Source: Bacillota bacterium (GTDB lineage: Bacteria; Bacillota; Clostridia; Lachnospirales; Lachnospiraceae). Taken from it: a stretch of DNA of 64,000 nt. This document shows, piece by piece, positions 47,083 to 57,677 of this stretch. How positions within the stretch are numbered: the first letter of the stretch is position 1; each line of letters begins with the position of its first letter. Both the position numbers and the translations under genes were made by a program. Where the stretch lies: the NCBI GenBank assembly GCA_023442465.1, contig JAEZZQ010000050.1, forward strand, positions 14,843-78,842, written 5' to 3'. The notes under the pieces were generated by a model. The model searched no databases, was not told the DNA's origin, and saw only the letters and a list, made by a program, of their open reading frames with translations.

Positions 47083-49365
47083 TTGGGCGGTGGAATGAAG
47101 GCGTGGTTAAAAGGAAAGTTGATAGAAGGGCAGCGGAAGCAGTATGACAGGCTGTTTGAGAAGAAGAGTATTTCGTATGATGAGTGGATTCGGAAGAAGG
47201 AAGAGGTTCTGAGAGAGAAACTTGAGGAGGAGACGGGGGCGTATGGCGGACGAAGGCTCAGCGTCAGGCAGGTTTCTTATGGGGAGGCGAAGGGTTATGT
47301 GACGGGGGGCGGTGTCGGTAAAGAGGAGGCGGATATCGTTCTGTTTCAAGCGTCCGGCGGAAGGTGTTCGGAGCTTTCAGAGGAGTTAATTAGCAGCTTT
47401 TTTCTTGCGCATCCGCAGATTTCTATGGCTTATGGTGATGAGGATGTGCTTAGTCCCGATGGGATTCGATATACGCCGTGGTTGAAACCGGATTGGTCCC
47501 CGGATACTTTTTTGTCTTGCTTTTATTTCGGTTCTGTATTTGCGGTGCGCACTTATGTATTAATGGAGTTGTCGGAGGAGGAGATTCTTGGCTTTAGCGG
47601 GAAAGAGGCTGAGGAGGAACGTATATGGATTTATCGCATGTGTCGTTTGCTGGCTCAGAAGGCCGGCGGTTTTGAAAAGAGACGGGAAGGAAGGCCGGAG
47701 GGGTTTCCGGTGGGACATATCGATGAAATATTGTTCCATTCTTTTTTAAACAGAGAAGGAGAATTGCTTTATAATGAGGGCGGTTATTGGTGTGAAAGCA
47801 ATACTCTCAATGAAAACCTTTGTTTTGATGAACATAATCCTTTCGGTGGAGATAGTGATTCCGGTAAAAGTGAAAAAGGGCTTATTTCCATAATTATTCC
47901 ATCTAAGGATAACGAGGAAGTGCTGAAACAATGCATAGAGTCCGTAAAAGGTTCGGCGAAGATGCCTTATGAAATTATTTTGGTGGATAATGGCAGTGAG
48001 GAACAGACTAAGGAGAGTCTGAACGGCTATTTAAGTGGACTTGGGATTAAATATACTTATATTTATGAAAAAAGACCCTTCCATTTCTCCGCTATGTGCA
48101 ATATGGGGGCGGCAGCGGCGGCAGGAGAAGTGTGCCTGTTTCTCAATGATGATGTAGAGGTGCCGGAGGCGGTTGAGCCAGAGAAAATGGAACCGGCGGA
48201 ACTTGGTTCGGCAGGACTTAAATCGGAGAAGTATGGTTCGGCAGGATTTAAGCCGGTAGAGCATGGTCATGCAGGGGTTGAGGCGGAAGGACTTGAGCAG
48301 AATGCGTCTGAGGAAAATGGGAGAAAAGCAACCGGATGGCTGGAAAAGCTCTATGCGGAGGCGATGAAGCCTTATGCGGGGGCTGTAGGGGTCAAGCTAT
48401 TGTATCCGGATTCTGACAGGGTGCAGCATGGGGGTATCGTAAACTTGCGTCTGGGGCCGGTGCATAAGCTTCAGTTTAAAGATAATAAGGAGCAGTATTA
48501 TTATGGATGGAACCGTGGCATGAGAAATGTTATCGCGGTAACGGGGGCTTGCCTTGCCGTTGAGAAGGAGAAGTTTGAGGAAGTGGGTGGTTTCCCCGAG
48601 GAATTGCCGGTGGCCTTTAATGATGTGGATTTATGTTTTTCTTTATACGAGAAGGGGTATTATAATACAGTTTTACAAGGGACGGTGCTATATCACTATG
48701 AATCGCTGAGCAGAGGACAGGATGAAGAGAGGGATAAGCTTGAACGGCTGCTGGCGGAAAAGCGGAAGCTTTACGCCCGGCATAGGGGGCTTTACGGGAA
48801 GGATCCCTTTTACCATAAATATCTGGCAGGAGATATGCTTTCCACGGGATTTGAACTTAGGGCTGATTATGATTGGCAGGAGAATATGACTTATGGGAAG
48901 GTCGTAGAAGCTGGTGGATTATTGGAAGCTGCCAGGGAGGATGCATGTGTCATGATTAGTCTGGAATATGCGGGAACTTTGGAGGAATGGCGTTGTGGGA
49001 TAGAGCCGGAGAATGGACCGGACGATCATATGCAGGATTATTATATACAAGGGTATTCCTTTGTGGCAGGTTCGGATAACGCATGTTATGAAAAGAGAAT
49101 TTTACTGGAGAGAACAAGCGGAGGGGCAGAATCTTTAAAAGGAGGAGTCCATAGGCTGTTTGCAGTCTCACCGGAGCTTTTTCTTCGAAAGGACGTGGAG
49201 CAGAATCTGCCGGATCAGGTCAATGTTGGAATGGCGGGCTTCGGAGCAGTGCTTCGAGGAAAAGATGTCAAAGAGGGAAATTATCGGTTGGGAATTCTTG
49301 TGAAAGATAAATGTTCGGGCCAGAAACTGTATTCATGGACGAACCGTTATCTGAATATTAAATAA
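47083..49365 (+). CDS. Multidomain GT2 glycosyltransferase
   Basis: ISIIIPSKDNEEVL and FLNDDVEV (DXD). The N-terminal domain has YGDEDVLSPDGIRYTPWLKPDWSPD. Start is TTG 47083 or ATG 47095. Confidence 0.8.
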   Translation: MGGGMKAWLKGKLIEGQRKQYDRLFEKKSISYDEWIRKKEEVLREKLEEETGAYGGRRLSVRQVSYGEAKGYVTGGGVGKEEADIVLFQASGGRCSELSEELISSFFLAHPQISMAYGDEDVLSPDGIRYTPWLKPDWSPDTFLSCFYFGSVFAVRTYVLMELSEEEILGFSGKEAEEERIWIYRMCRLLAQKAGGFEKRREGRPEGFPVGHIDEILFHSFLNREGELLYNEGGYWCESNTLNENLCFDEHNPFGGDSDSGKSEKGLISIIIPSKDNEEVLKQCIESVKGSAKMPYEIILVDNGSEEQTKESLNGYLSGLGIKYTYIYEKRPFHFSAMCNMGAAAAAGEVCLFLNDDVEVPEAVEPEKMEPAELGSAGLKSEKYGSAGFKPVEHGHAGVEAEGLEQNASEENGRKATGWLEKLYAEAMKPYAGAVGVKLLYPDSDRVQHGGIVNLRLGPVHKLQFKDNKEQYYYGWNRGMRNVIAVTGACLAVEKEKFEEVGGFPEELPVAFNDVDLCFSLYEKGYYNTVLQGTVLYHYESLSRGQDEERDKLERLLAEKRKLYARHRGLYGKDPFYHKYLAGDMLSTGFELRADYDWQENMTYGKVVEAGGLLEAAREDACVMISLEYAGTLEEWRCGIEPENGPDDHMQDYYIQGYSFVAGSDNACYEKRILLERTSGGAESLKGGVHRLFAVSPELFLRKDVEQNLPDQVNVGMAGFGAVLRGKDVKEGNYRLGILVKDKCSGQKLYSWTNRYLNIK

Positions 49366-49403
49366 GCGTTGTCATGAGAAATATTGGCAGGAAAGGACAA
49401 GGA

Positions 49404-51434
49404 ATGCAGGAAGAAAGGACAGATTATAATGATTATTATAAAGAGGCCTATGAAAAGGAACATATAAAATGTGCTGACTTGGCGGGCCGGATCGCGCAAC
49501 TGGAGGAAAAGAACGAGGAGCTTGCTTTTAAGATTAACCGAATTAAGAGCAACCCCGTTTGGAAGGCGAGCGCACCCTTTCGAAAAGCCATGCACTTTTT
49601 GCTCCGTCAGCGCAGCCGTTTGAAGAACTGCGGAAATCTGCGGGGACTTGCGGCCAAGATTAAGTATAAGCAAAGAGAACGGGAGGCCATGAAATGCTAT
49701 GGTACGGATAGCTTTCCCGATGAGGCGAGAAGAAAGAGGGAAAACGAAACTGTTTTTCCCCGTATGATAAAGTTCAGTATTTTGGTGCCGCTTTATAATA
49801 CCCCTAAGGAGTTTCTTACGGCTATGCTGGATTCGGTAGTGAATCAGACATATGGAAACTGGGAGCTTTGTCTTGCAGACGGTTCCGACAGGGAGCACTC
49901 CTACGTAGGTAAGACGTGTGAGGAATATATAGAGAAAGAGAAAGCGCATACGGGAGGGGAATCCCGCATCATCTATAAGAAACTGGAAAAGAATGAGGGA
50001 ATCTCAGGAAATACCAATCAGTGCTATGCAATGGCTACGGGAGAATATATCGGGCTGTTCGATCACGATGACATCTTGCATCCGTCGGTGCTCTATGAAT
50101 ATGCAAAGGTCATTAATGAGCAGGACGCGGATTATATTTACTGTGATGAGACGACTTTTAAAAATAACGACATCAATAAAATGCTCACTATGCACTTTAA
50201 ACCTGATTATGCGGTAGATAATCTGCGAGCCAACAATTATATATGTCATTTCAGCGTGTTCCAACGACAGCTTTTGGAGGGAACGGAGCTTTTTCGCACA
50301 AAATACGACGGCAGTCAGGATCACGATATGATTCTGCGGCTGACGGACAGGGCTAAGAATGTGGTCCATGTGCCGAAGCTTATGTATTACTGGCGCTCTC
50401 ACGCGGGCAGTGTAGCTTCCGGTATTCAGGCCAAGACTTATGCAATCGATGCGGCGAAGGGTGCGGTGGCGGATCATCTGCGCGGGCACGGTTATGAGCA
50501 TTTTAAAATATCGAGTACAAGAGCTTTTGAGACGATTTTCAAGATCAGCTATCAGATTATCGGTAATCCCAAGATTTCCATCGTTATTGCCAACAAGGAT
50601 CACAAAGAGGACTTGAGCAGATGCATCACTTCTATTTTGGAGAAATCCACCTATGATAATTATGAGATCATCGTGGTGGAAAATAACAGCGAGACACCGG
50701 AAATATGGGAATACTATGAAAAACTTAGGGAAAATGAGAAAGTCAGGATAATAAATGCCAGGGATTTACAGCATAGCACAGATAAAAAATTCAATTATTC
50801 TGCTATAAACAACCTGGGCGTAAAAGAGGCTGCCGGCGAATATATTCTCTTACTGAATAACGACACTCAGGTGATTACGGTCAACTGGATGGAGGAACTG
50901 CTCATGTACGCGCAGCGTGAGGATGTGGGGGCCGCCGGCGCTAAGCTCTATTATGAAAATAAGACGATACAGCATGCGGGCGTGGTACTCGCACTCGGTG
51001 CTCATCGTACGGCGGGGCACAGCCATTACGGACAGCATAGGGAAAATCTGGGTTACATGGGAAGGCTCTGCTATGCGCAGGATGTGTCTGCAGTGACGGG
51101 AGCCTGCCTGTTGGTTTCCAAGGAATTGTATGAAAAAGCAGGCGGACTGGATGAATCTTTTGCCATATCCTTAAACGACGTAGATTTCTGCCTGAAGCTT
51201 AGGGAACTTGGATATTTAAATGTTTTTACCCCGTTTGCAGAGCTGTATCATTTCGAGTCCATATCCAGAGGTCTGGACGATGAGGGTGAGAAGGCGGAGC
51301 GCTATAATGAGGAATCTGCAAGGTTTCGAGAGAAGTGGAAGGCTGTTCTGGAAAAGGGCGATCCTTATTACAATCCCAATTTTTCCCTGGATCGCAGCGA
51401 CTTTTCTTTGAAAATAGAGAAGAATGTGATATAA
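49404..51434 (+). CDS. Tandem two-module GT2 glycosyltransferase with an N-terminal coiled coil (candidate polymerising enzyme)
   Basis: Module 1 has FSILVPLYNTPKEF and FDHDDIL. Module 2 has ISIVIANKDHKEDL and LLNNDTQV. Confidence 0.85.
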   Translation: MQEERTDYNDYYKEAYEKEHIKCADLAGRIAQLEEKNEELAFKINRIKSNPVWKASAPFRKAMHFLLRQRSRLKNCGNLRGLAAKIKYKQREREAMKCYGTDSFPDEARRKRENETVFPRMIKFSILVPLYNTPKEFLTAMLDSVVNQTYGNWELCLADGSDREHSYVGKTCEEYIEKEKAHTGGESRIIYKKLEKNEGISGNTNQCYAMATGEYIGLFDHDDILHPSVLYEYAKVINEQDADYIYCDETTFKNNDINKMLTMHFKPDYAVDNLRANNYICHFSVFQRQLLEGTELFRTKYDGSQDHDMILRLTDRAKNVVHVPKLMYYWRSHAGSVASGIQAKTYAIDAAKGAVADHLRGHGYEHFKISSTRAFETIFKISYQIIGNPKISIVIANKDHKEDLSRCITSILEKSTYDNYEIIVVENNSETPEIWEYYEKLRENEKVRIINARDLQHSTDKKFNYSAINNLGVKEAAGEYILLLNNDTQVITVNWMEELLMYAQREDVGAAGAKLYYENKTIQHAGVVLALGAHRTAGHSHYGQHRENLGYMGRLCYAQDVSAVTGACLLVSKELYEKAGGLDESFAISLNDVDFCLKLRELGYLNVFTPFAELYHFESISRGLDDEGEKAERYNEESARFREKWKAVLEKGDPYYNPNFSLDRSDFSLKIEKNVI

Positions 51435-51508
51435 TCCCAATGTGATAATATATGATAGTATCGCATGAAAAATCAAATATCAGAGTACAGATACAGGAGG
51501 AACCCGAT

Positions 51509-53230
51509 ATGAGTTACAAGGAAGAGTTTGAGTTTTGGCTAAATGATTCATACTTCGACGAAGATACGAAGAAAGAGCTTTTGGCAATCAAAAATGATGA
51601 AAAGGAAATGGAAGATCGTTTTTATAAAGAGCTGGAATTTGGCACCGGCGGTTTACGCGGTGTAATCGGTGCGGGAACAAACCGCATGAATATCTATACG
51701 GTAAGAAAGGCAACGCAAGGGCTTGCCAATTATATTATCAAGCAGGGAGGCAAGGAAAAAGGAGTAGCCATCGCCTATGACTCCAGAAGAAAATCCCCCG
51801 AATTTGCTGACGAAGCAGCTTTGTGCCTTGCAGCTAACGGCATTAAGGCATATGTTTTTGAAAATCTGCGCCCTACGCCTGAGCTGTCTTTTGCGCTTAG
51901 AAAATTGGGCTGCATCTCCGGTATCGTAATTACGGCCAGCCATAACCCTCCGGAATACAACGGCTACAAGGCATACTGGGAGGACGGCGCGCAGGTAACG
52001 GCACCGAAGGATGAAGAAATCATTACGGAAGTGAAAAACGTAACGAATTATCACGAAGTAAAGACTATGGACAAGCAAGAGGCCATTACAGCGGGCTTGT
52101 ATCAGGTAATAGGAAAAGAAATCGACGATGCATATATGGAAGAGCTGAAAAAGCAAATTATCCATCCGGAAATCATCGAGGAGGTGTCCGATGACATTAA
52201 AATTGTTTATTCTCCTTTCCACGGTACGGGAAACATTCCGGTAAGACGCATTTTATCGGAGCTGGGTTTTAAGCATGTGTATGTCGTACCTGAGCAGGAG
52301 CTGCCAGACCCTGATTTCACTACGTTGGAATATCCTAACCCGGAGGACCCGAAGGCATTTGCTCTCGCTTTGAAGCTGGCGAAGGAGAAAAATGCGGATA
52401 TCGTGCTGGCGACCGACCCGGATGCAGACAGGCTGGGTATTTACGCCTTGGATAACAAGAGTGGCGAATACATTCCTTTTACCGGCAATATGTCGGGTAT
52501 GCTCATCGCGGAATATATTTTGAGGGAAAGAAGAGCTACGAATACGATGCCTGAGAACCCCGCACTCGTTACGACAATCGTTACAACGAATATGGCAAAG
52601 GCCATTTCCGACGATTACAACGTAAAGTGCATCGAAGTTTTGACCGGTTTCAAATATATCGGCGAACAGATCAAATGGTTCGAGGAGAGTGGTTCCAATA
52701 ATTACGTATTCGGTCTTGAGGAAAGCTACGGCTGCCTTGCGGGCACTCATGCGAGAGATAAAGATGCGGTAGTTGCAGTTATGTGTCTGTGTGAAATGGC
52801 AGCATGGTGTAAAAAGCACGGAAAGACCGTATGGGATCAGATGTTGGATATGTATGAGAAATACGGCTACTTCAAAGAGTCTCAGTATGCCATTACGCTA
52901 AAGGGTATTGAGGGATCTAAACAAATTGCTCAGATTATGGATAAGCTGAGAAGCAATCCGCCGAAGAACTTTGGCGATTTGAAGGTAGTCGAAGTGAAAG
53001 ACTACGCTTCCGGCATAATTGTCAATATGGAAACCGGAGAAGAAACGGGGACAGGACTTCCGGAATCCAATGTGCTTTATTTTGATTTGACGTGCGACTC
53101 ATGGTGCTGTGCCCGTCCTTCCGGAACGGAGCCGAAGCTCAAGTTTTATATGGGCGTAAAGGGAACGAGCCTTGAGGATGCGCAGGTGAAGGTGGAAAAG
53201 CTGACAGAAGATTTAAAAGCATTTATCTAA
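51509..53230 (+). CDS. Phosphohexomutase (phosphoglucomutase/phosphomannomutase family)
   Basis: Active-site loop TASHNPPEYNGYK and metal loop ATDPDADR. The RBS ACAGGAGGAA precedes ATG 51509. Confidence 0.9.
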   Translation: MSYKEEFEFWLNDSYFDEDTKKELLAIKNDEKEMEDRFYKELEFGTGGLRGVIGAGTNRMNIYTVRKATQGLANYIIKQGGKEKGVAIAYDSRRKSPEFADEAALCLAANGIKAYVFENLRPTPELSFALRKLGCISGIVITASHNPPEYNGYKAYWEDGAQVTAPKDEEIITEVKNVTNYHEVKTMDKQEAITAGLYQVIGKEIDDAYMEELKKQIIHPEIIEEVSDDIKIVYSPFHGTGNIPVRRILSELGFKHVYVVPEQELPDPDFTTLEYPNPEDPKAFALALKLAKEKNADIVLATDPDADRLGIYALDNKSGEYIPFTGNMSGMLIAEYILRERRATNTMPENPALVTTIVTTNMAKAISDDYNVKCIEVLTGFKYIGEQIKWFEESGSNNYVFGLEESYGCLAGTHARDKDAVVAVMCLCEMAAWCKKHGKTVWDQMLDMYEKYGYFKESQYAITLKGIEGSKQIAQIMDKLRSNPPKNFGDLKVVEVKDYASGIIVNMETGEETGTGLPESNVLYFDLTCDSWCCARPSGTEPKLKFYMGVKGTSLEDAQVKVEKLTEDLKAFI

Positions 53231-53341
53231 TATATTAAAAGTATGATTCATAAGGACTGTCGTATAGACGGTTTTCGCCCATGGCGTAAGCCTATATGCG
53301 GCAGTCCCTATACTATGAACGTATTCGGAAGGTTAATGAAG

Positions 53342-54856
53342 ATGGGAAACGCTGTTTTTAAAAAGAGCAATTGGAAGAAAACCTTTTATTATCTAAAAAA
53401 GAACGGACTTAAAAGTGCATACTATGCGGCTATGGAAAGGCTGGCAAGGGAAAACGCGGCGAACTACAGCTATCAGGCCCCTCCGAAGGAAGAACTTGAA
53501 CGGCAGAGGGAGGAAGCGGAGAAATATCCGTATACCTTCAGCATCCTTGTGCCTGCTTATGAAACGAATCCCGTATTTCTTCGTGAAATGCTGGATAGCG
53601 TCCTTAGCCAGACTTATTTCAAACTGGAACTGATCGTGGCGGATGCAAGCGCTTCGGAACAGGTAAAGAAAGTGATGGAAACTTATGATGACAAAAGGTT
53701 CCGTTATGTTAAAATAGCAGAGAACAAAGGGATTTCTGCCAATACCAACGCTGCATTGGCAAAGACGGAAGGGGAATATATCGGTCTTCTGGACCATGAC
53801 GACGTTCTTACACCCGATGCCTTATATGAAATGGCGAAAGCTATAGCCGAAAAGGAAAAGAACGGAAATACTGCATGGATGCTGTATTCCGATGAAGATA
53901 AAGGAAACGGGGACTGTACGCAATTTTATGAACCCCATTTCAAACAGGATTTGAACATGGATTTGTTATTGTCCAATAATTATATCTGCCATTTCCTGGT
54001 CATGAAGAGAAGTCTCATAAAAAGCCTTGGGTTTCGGTCGGAATATGACGGTGCGCAAGACTTTGATTTAGTATTGCGCGCGGCAGGAAGGCTGCTCTAT
54101 GAGACGAAGGAGCAGAGAAGGGATCTTATGCGGGAATGGGAAAATGCGGGAAGAACTGCAATAGTTCATGTTCCGAAGGTACTATACCACTGGCGCTGCC
54201 ATACCCAGTCCACAGCAGAAAACCCTGAGAGTAAACGATATGCGTATGATGCCGGAAGGCGCGCTGTACAGGATTTCGTAAACAGCCGGGGCTGGAAAGC
54301 ATCGGTATCGGATAGCCCGCATCTGGGGTTCTACCGGATCGCTTATGAAGGGGGTATTTTCTCACAAAGACCGGAGGTAGGAGTTATCGGAGGGAAGATA
54401 TTCAGTGCCGGAGGAAAGATTGCAGGGGGCATCTATGATGAAAATAGTATCTCGATATACGAAGGACTTCATAAGGAATACAGCGGCTATATGCACAGAG
54501 CTACGCTTCTTCAAGAGGCTTATGCCGTAGATATGCGCTGCATGAAGGTGAGAAAAGAGCTTTGGAACCTGTTCGAGGAGGTCTTTGGCGTACCTTATGC
54601 AGAGGATGAGCATACCGGATATTTCGCCTATGAGAAATATTCCAATAAGAATCGCTTCAATGAAAAGTCTCACCTTGCGAAGAGGATGCGTGAGGAAATT
54701 ATGGGAAGAGAAAAAACGTGGATAGGTGTCGACGCAGAGAATGGAGAATTCAAGAAGGTGAGTATAAATTTTTGCGAGCGAGTGAGAAAAATGGGCTATA
54801 CCGTCGTTTTTGAGCCGGAAGCATCGGTGAAGCTAACCAAAACCCTGCGGCGCTGA
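53342..54856 (+). CDS. GT2 glycosyltransferase
   Basis: FSILVPAYETNPVFL and LDHDDVL motifs. The start is uncertain (53243-53342). Confidence 0.8.
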   Translation: MGNAVFKKSNWKKTFYYLKKNGLKSAYYAAMERLARENAANYSYQAPPKEELERQREEAEKYPYTFSILVPAYETNPVFLREMLDSVLSQTYFKLELIVADASASEQVKKVMETYDDKRFRYVKIAENKGISANTNAALAKTEGEYIGLLDHDDVLTPDALYEMAKAIAEKEKNGNTAWMLYSDEDKGNGDCTQFYEPHFKQDLNMDLLLSNNYICHFLVMKRSLIKSLGFRSEYDGAQDFDLVLRAAGRLLYETKEQRRDLMREWENAGRTAIVHVPKVLYHWRCHTQSTAENPESKRYAYDAGRRAVQDFVNSRGWKASVSDSPHLGFYRIAYEGGIFSQRPEVGVIGGKIFSAGGKIAGGIYDENSISIYEGLHKEYSGYMHRATLLQEAYAVDMRCMKVRKELWNLFEEVFGVPYAEDEHTGYFAYEKYSNKNRFNEKSHLAKRMREEIMGREKTWIGVDAENGEFKKVSINFCERVRKMGYTVVFEPEASVKLTKTLRR

Positions 54857-54899
54857 TGGATGATTGGCAAGGACGATTTCCTCCGGGCAGTGGAGTAAC

Positions 54900-55898
54900 A
54901 TGACAATAGACGTAAAAAGGATTAGGGCTGAGCATATGGAGTCGACAGTAGTAATACCTAATTATAACGGAATAAAGTATATGGACGGCTGCCTGAAAGC
55001 GCTCTATAAGGGAACGGCGGTTCCTAAGGTAATCGTGGTGGACAATGGTTCCTCCGACGAAAGTCTTAAGATTGTGGAGGAGAAATATCCGCAGGCACAG
55101 ATAATACGCTTTAAGAAGAACGAAGGCTTCAGTGCGGCAGTGAACGCGGGAATCAAGGCGGCGGTGACGGAATTTGTCATCCTGCTCAACAACGATACAA
55201 AGGTGGAGCCGCATTTCGTAGAAGCGCTGGAAGCGGCTATAAGAAAAAATGGGGATGCTTTTTCCGTCAGTGCCAAGATGTTGTCCATGAAAGAGCCGGA
55301 TCTGATCGATAGTGCAGGAGACCTGTACTGTGCTCTCGGCTGGGCGTTTTCTCTTGGAAAAGGAAAGGAAAAAGGCAGCTATGGCAAGGCGGCGGAAATC
55401 TTCGCTTCCTGCGCGGGAGCTGCTATTTATAAAAGGGAGGTCTTTGAGCAAATCGGCTATTTCGATGAAAACCACTTCGCCTATTTAGAGGACATAGACA
55501 TAGGATACCGGGCAAAGCTTTCGGGGTTTCGTAATTATTTTGCACCTGAGGCCGTGGTATATCATGCGGGCAGCGGATCAAGCGGTTCCAGATATAATGA
55601 ATTCAAGGTAAAGCTTTCTTCCAGGAACAGCATTTACCTGATATATAAAAACATGCCGTTACTGCAGATGTTCCTCAATCTGCCGTTCCTCGTGCCGGGC
55701 TTTTTAGTAAAACTTTTATTCTTTATGAAAAAGGGTATGGGAAAAACATATCTTTTCGGCTTGGCGGAGGGCTTTAAGCTGTCCTTCTCCGAAAGAGGAC
55801 GACAAAACAAGATGCGGTTTAAGGCAAAGAACTGGCGAAGGTATGTAGAAATCCAGTTGGAGCTTTGGATAAACATAATTCGAAGGGTAATGGGATAG
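54900..55898 (+). CDS. GT2 glycosyltransferase (rhamnosyltransferase-like)
   Basis: VVIPNYNGIKYM, VVDNGSSDES and LLNNDTKV motifs. Confidence 0.8.
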   Translation: MTIDVKRIRAEHMESTVVIPNYNGIKYMDGCLKALYKGTAVPKVIVVDNGSSDESLKIVEEKYPQAQIIRFKKNEGFSAAVNAGIKAAVTEFVILLNNDTKVEPHFVEALEAAIRKNGDAFSVSAKMLSMKEPDLIDSAGDLYCALGWAFSLGKGKEKGSYGKAAEIFASCAGAAIYKREVFEQIGYFDENHFAYLEDIDIGYRAKLSGFRNYFAPEAVVYHAGSGSSGSRYNEFKVKLSSRNSIYLIYKNMPLLQMFLNLPFLVPGFLVKLLFFMKKGMGKTYLFGLAEGFKLSFSERGRQNKMRFKAKNWRRYVEIQLELWINIIRRVMG

Positions 55899-56034
55899 TT
55901 TCTATTCACGCCTCTATTCCGCGAGGTGTTTTGTGCTGTTTTTGAACAAAATCCCGGGGTAGCCGGCGCCAAATTGCACGTTACATACAATTTGTATGCA
56001 TATTGTTGCTATGAACAGTAAAACTGTGAGTATC

Positions 56035-56171
56035 AGGTTATTTGTTCATACAGTAGCTTAACATTTACTGTTAAGCTGCGTAAGAATGTGATGCAAGAGA
56101 TGATTTCTGCTTCGCGGAGCGAATTGAAATGCAGAAATCATGCGTTGCTGGGAACGGAGTGAACAGTAACA
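56035..56171 (+). mobile_element. MITE-like repeat, family 1, copy 4 (more diverged)
   Basis: GGTTATTTGTTCATACAGTAGCTTAACA ... GGAGTGAACAGTAAC. No clear target-site duplication. Confidence 0.75.
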
Positions 56172-56209
56172 ATAGTAACATGGAATAGTCTATTTATAGA
56201 AAATTAAGT

Positions 56210-56238
56210 TGTACTTTTTGTAATAATATTGTAAAATG
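56210..56238 (+). promoter_or_regulatory. Candidate promoter TTGTAC-17-TAAAAT upstream of the initiating transferase gene
   Basis: Hexamers are at 56210-56215 and 56233-56238. Confidence 0.5.
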
Positions 56239-56267
56239 TTTAGCAGTATAGGAAATTTGGTGAAGAT

Positions 56268-57677
56268 ATGATAAAAGATAACCAAAGGTATTTCAATAGA
56301 TTGCACCTGCTGGTGGATGCGGTTGTCGTAGCACTTTCCTATTCACTTGCATGGCTCATTAAGTTTAAGACACCATTTGCGAATACAGAGCCGGGCGTCA
56401 CTGCGTTGTCCGTAGCGACATATTTCAGTGCGCTTTATTTTATTGTGCCCGGGTACGTTTTGTTGTATTATTTTTTTAATATGTATACGCCTAAACGGGC
56501 GACAAGAAGAAAGTATGAAATATCCAGTATTTTTAAAGCGAATACAGTAGGCGTATTTCTGTTCATGGTAATGTTGTTTGCCGTTAAGCAGGAACATTTT
56601 TCGCGCTCCTTGATTTTTATTTTTTATGTGATCAATATTATTTTAACTACCTTGTCAAGGTCGATGATTCGAAGTGGTCTGCAATATTTCCGTAAAAAAG
56701 GGTATAATCTAAAGTATGTTCTGCTAGTGGGATATTCCCGTGCGGCGGAGGAATATATTACGCGAATCAACGCGAATCCCCAATGGGGATATGTGGTAAG
56801 GGGAATACTGGATGACAGGGTTCCGGGAGGAACTTTATATAAGGGCGTAAAGGTATTGGGAAGAATCGATAACCTGCTCTATATATTGCCGGAGAACAAA
56901 CTGGATGAAATCGCGGTCACGCTGGCTCTTGAGGATTATGACAGACTGGAGCGGATTGTGGATTTATGTGAAAAATCCGGGGTGCATACGAAATTTATTC
57001 CCGACTATAACAGCCTTGTGCCCAGCAGGCCGTATACGGAGGATTTGATGGGACTTCCCGTCATCAATATCCGCTATGTTCCGCTGACGAATACTTTGAA
57101 CTGGGTAGCAAAGCGCGCAGTGGATGTGGTCGGTTCCCTTTGCGGAATCATTGTTTCTTCGCCGATTATGCTCGTTACAGTCCTTCTTATAAAGTGTACC
57201 AGCCGCGGGCCGGTGATTTTTAAGCAGGAGAGAGTCGGGCTTCACAATAAACCGTTCCAGATGTATAAGTTTCGCACCATGGAACTGCAGAAGCCTTCTC
57301 AGGAACAGAAGGCATGGACTGTAAAGGACGACCCTCGTGTGACGAAGGTGGGCAAGCTTCTCAGAAGGACGAGCCTCGATGAATTGCCGCAGCTTTTTAA
57401 CATATTGGCGGGAGAAATGAGTTTGGTGGGACCCAGGCCCGAAAGGCCGCTGTTCGTTGAAAAGTTCAAGGAAGAGGTTCCGCGCTATATGATCAAGCAT
57501 CAGGTGCGCCCCGGACTTACCGGATGGGCACAGATCAATGGTTATAGAGGCGATACGTCCATAAGGAAGCGCATCGAATACGATATATTTTATATAGAAA
57601 ACTGGACAATGGGCTTGGATATAAAAATCATGTTTTTAACCGTGTTCAAAGGGTTCATTAATAAAAACGCCTATTGA
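56268..57677 (+). CDS. Polyprenyl-phosphate hexose-1-phosphate transferase (WbaP/CpsE-type initiating enzyme)
   Basis: N-terminal TM bundle and a C-terminal bacterial sugar transferase domain (KRAVDVVGSL..., YKFRTM, DELPQLFNILAGEMSLVGPRPERP). Confidence 0.9.
   Translation: MIKDNQRYFNRLHLLVDAVVVALSYSLAWLIKFKTPFANTEPGVTALSVATYFSALYFIVPGYVLLYYFFNMYTPKRATRRKYEISSIFKANTVGVFLFMVMLFAVKQEHFSRSLIFIFYVINIILTTLSRSMIRSGLQYFRKKGYNLKYVLLVGYSRAAEEYITRINANPQWGYVVRGILDDRVPGGTLYKGVKVLGRIDNLLYILPENKLDEIAVTLALEDYDRLERIVDLCEKSGVHTKFIPDYNSLVPSRPYTEDLMGLPVINIRYVPLTNTLNWVAKRAVDVVGSLCGIIVSSPIMLVTVLLIKCTSRGPVIFKQERVGLHNKPFQMYKFRTMELQKPSQEQKAWTVKDDPRVTKVGKLLRRTSLDELPQLFNILAGEMSLVGPRPERPLFVEKFKEEVPRYMIKHQVRPGLTGWAQINGYRGDTSIRKRIEYDIFYIENWTMGLDIKIMFLTVFKGFINKNAY

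Noticed and set aside
9829-56171. Possibility that the recurring roughly 135-bp repeats form a CRISPR array
   Set aside because: The copies are kilobases apart, separated by genes and much longer than CRISPR repeats. They carry terminal inverted repeats and target-site duplications. No cas genes are present.
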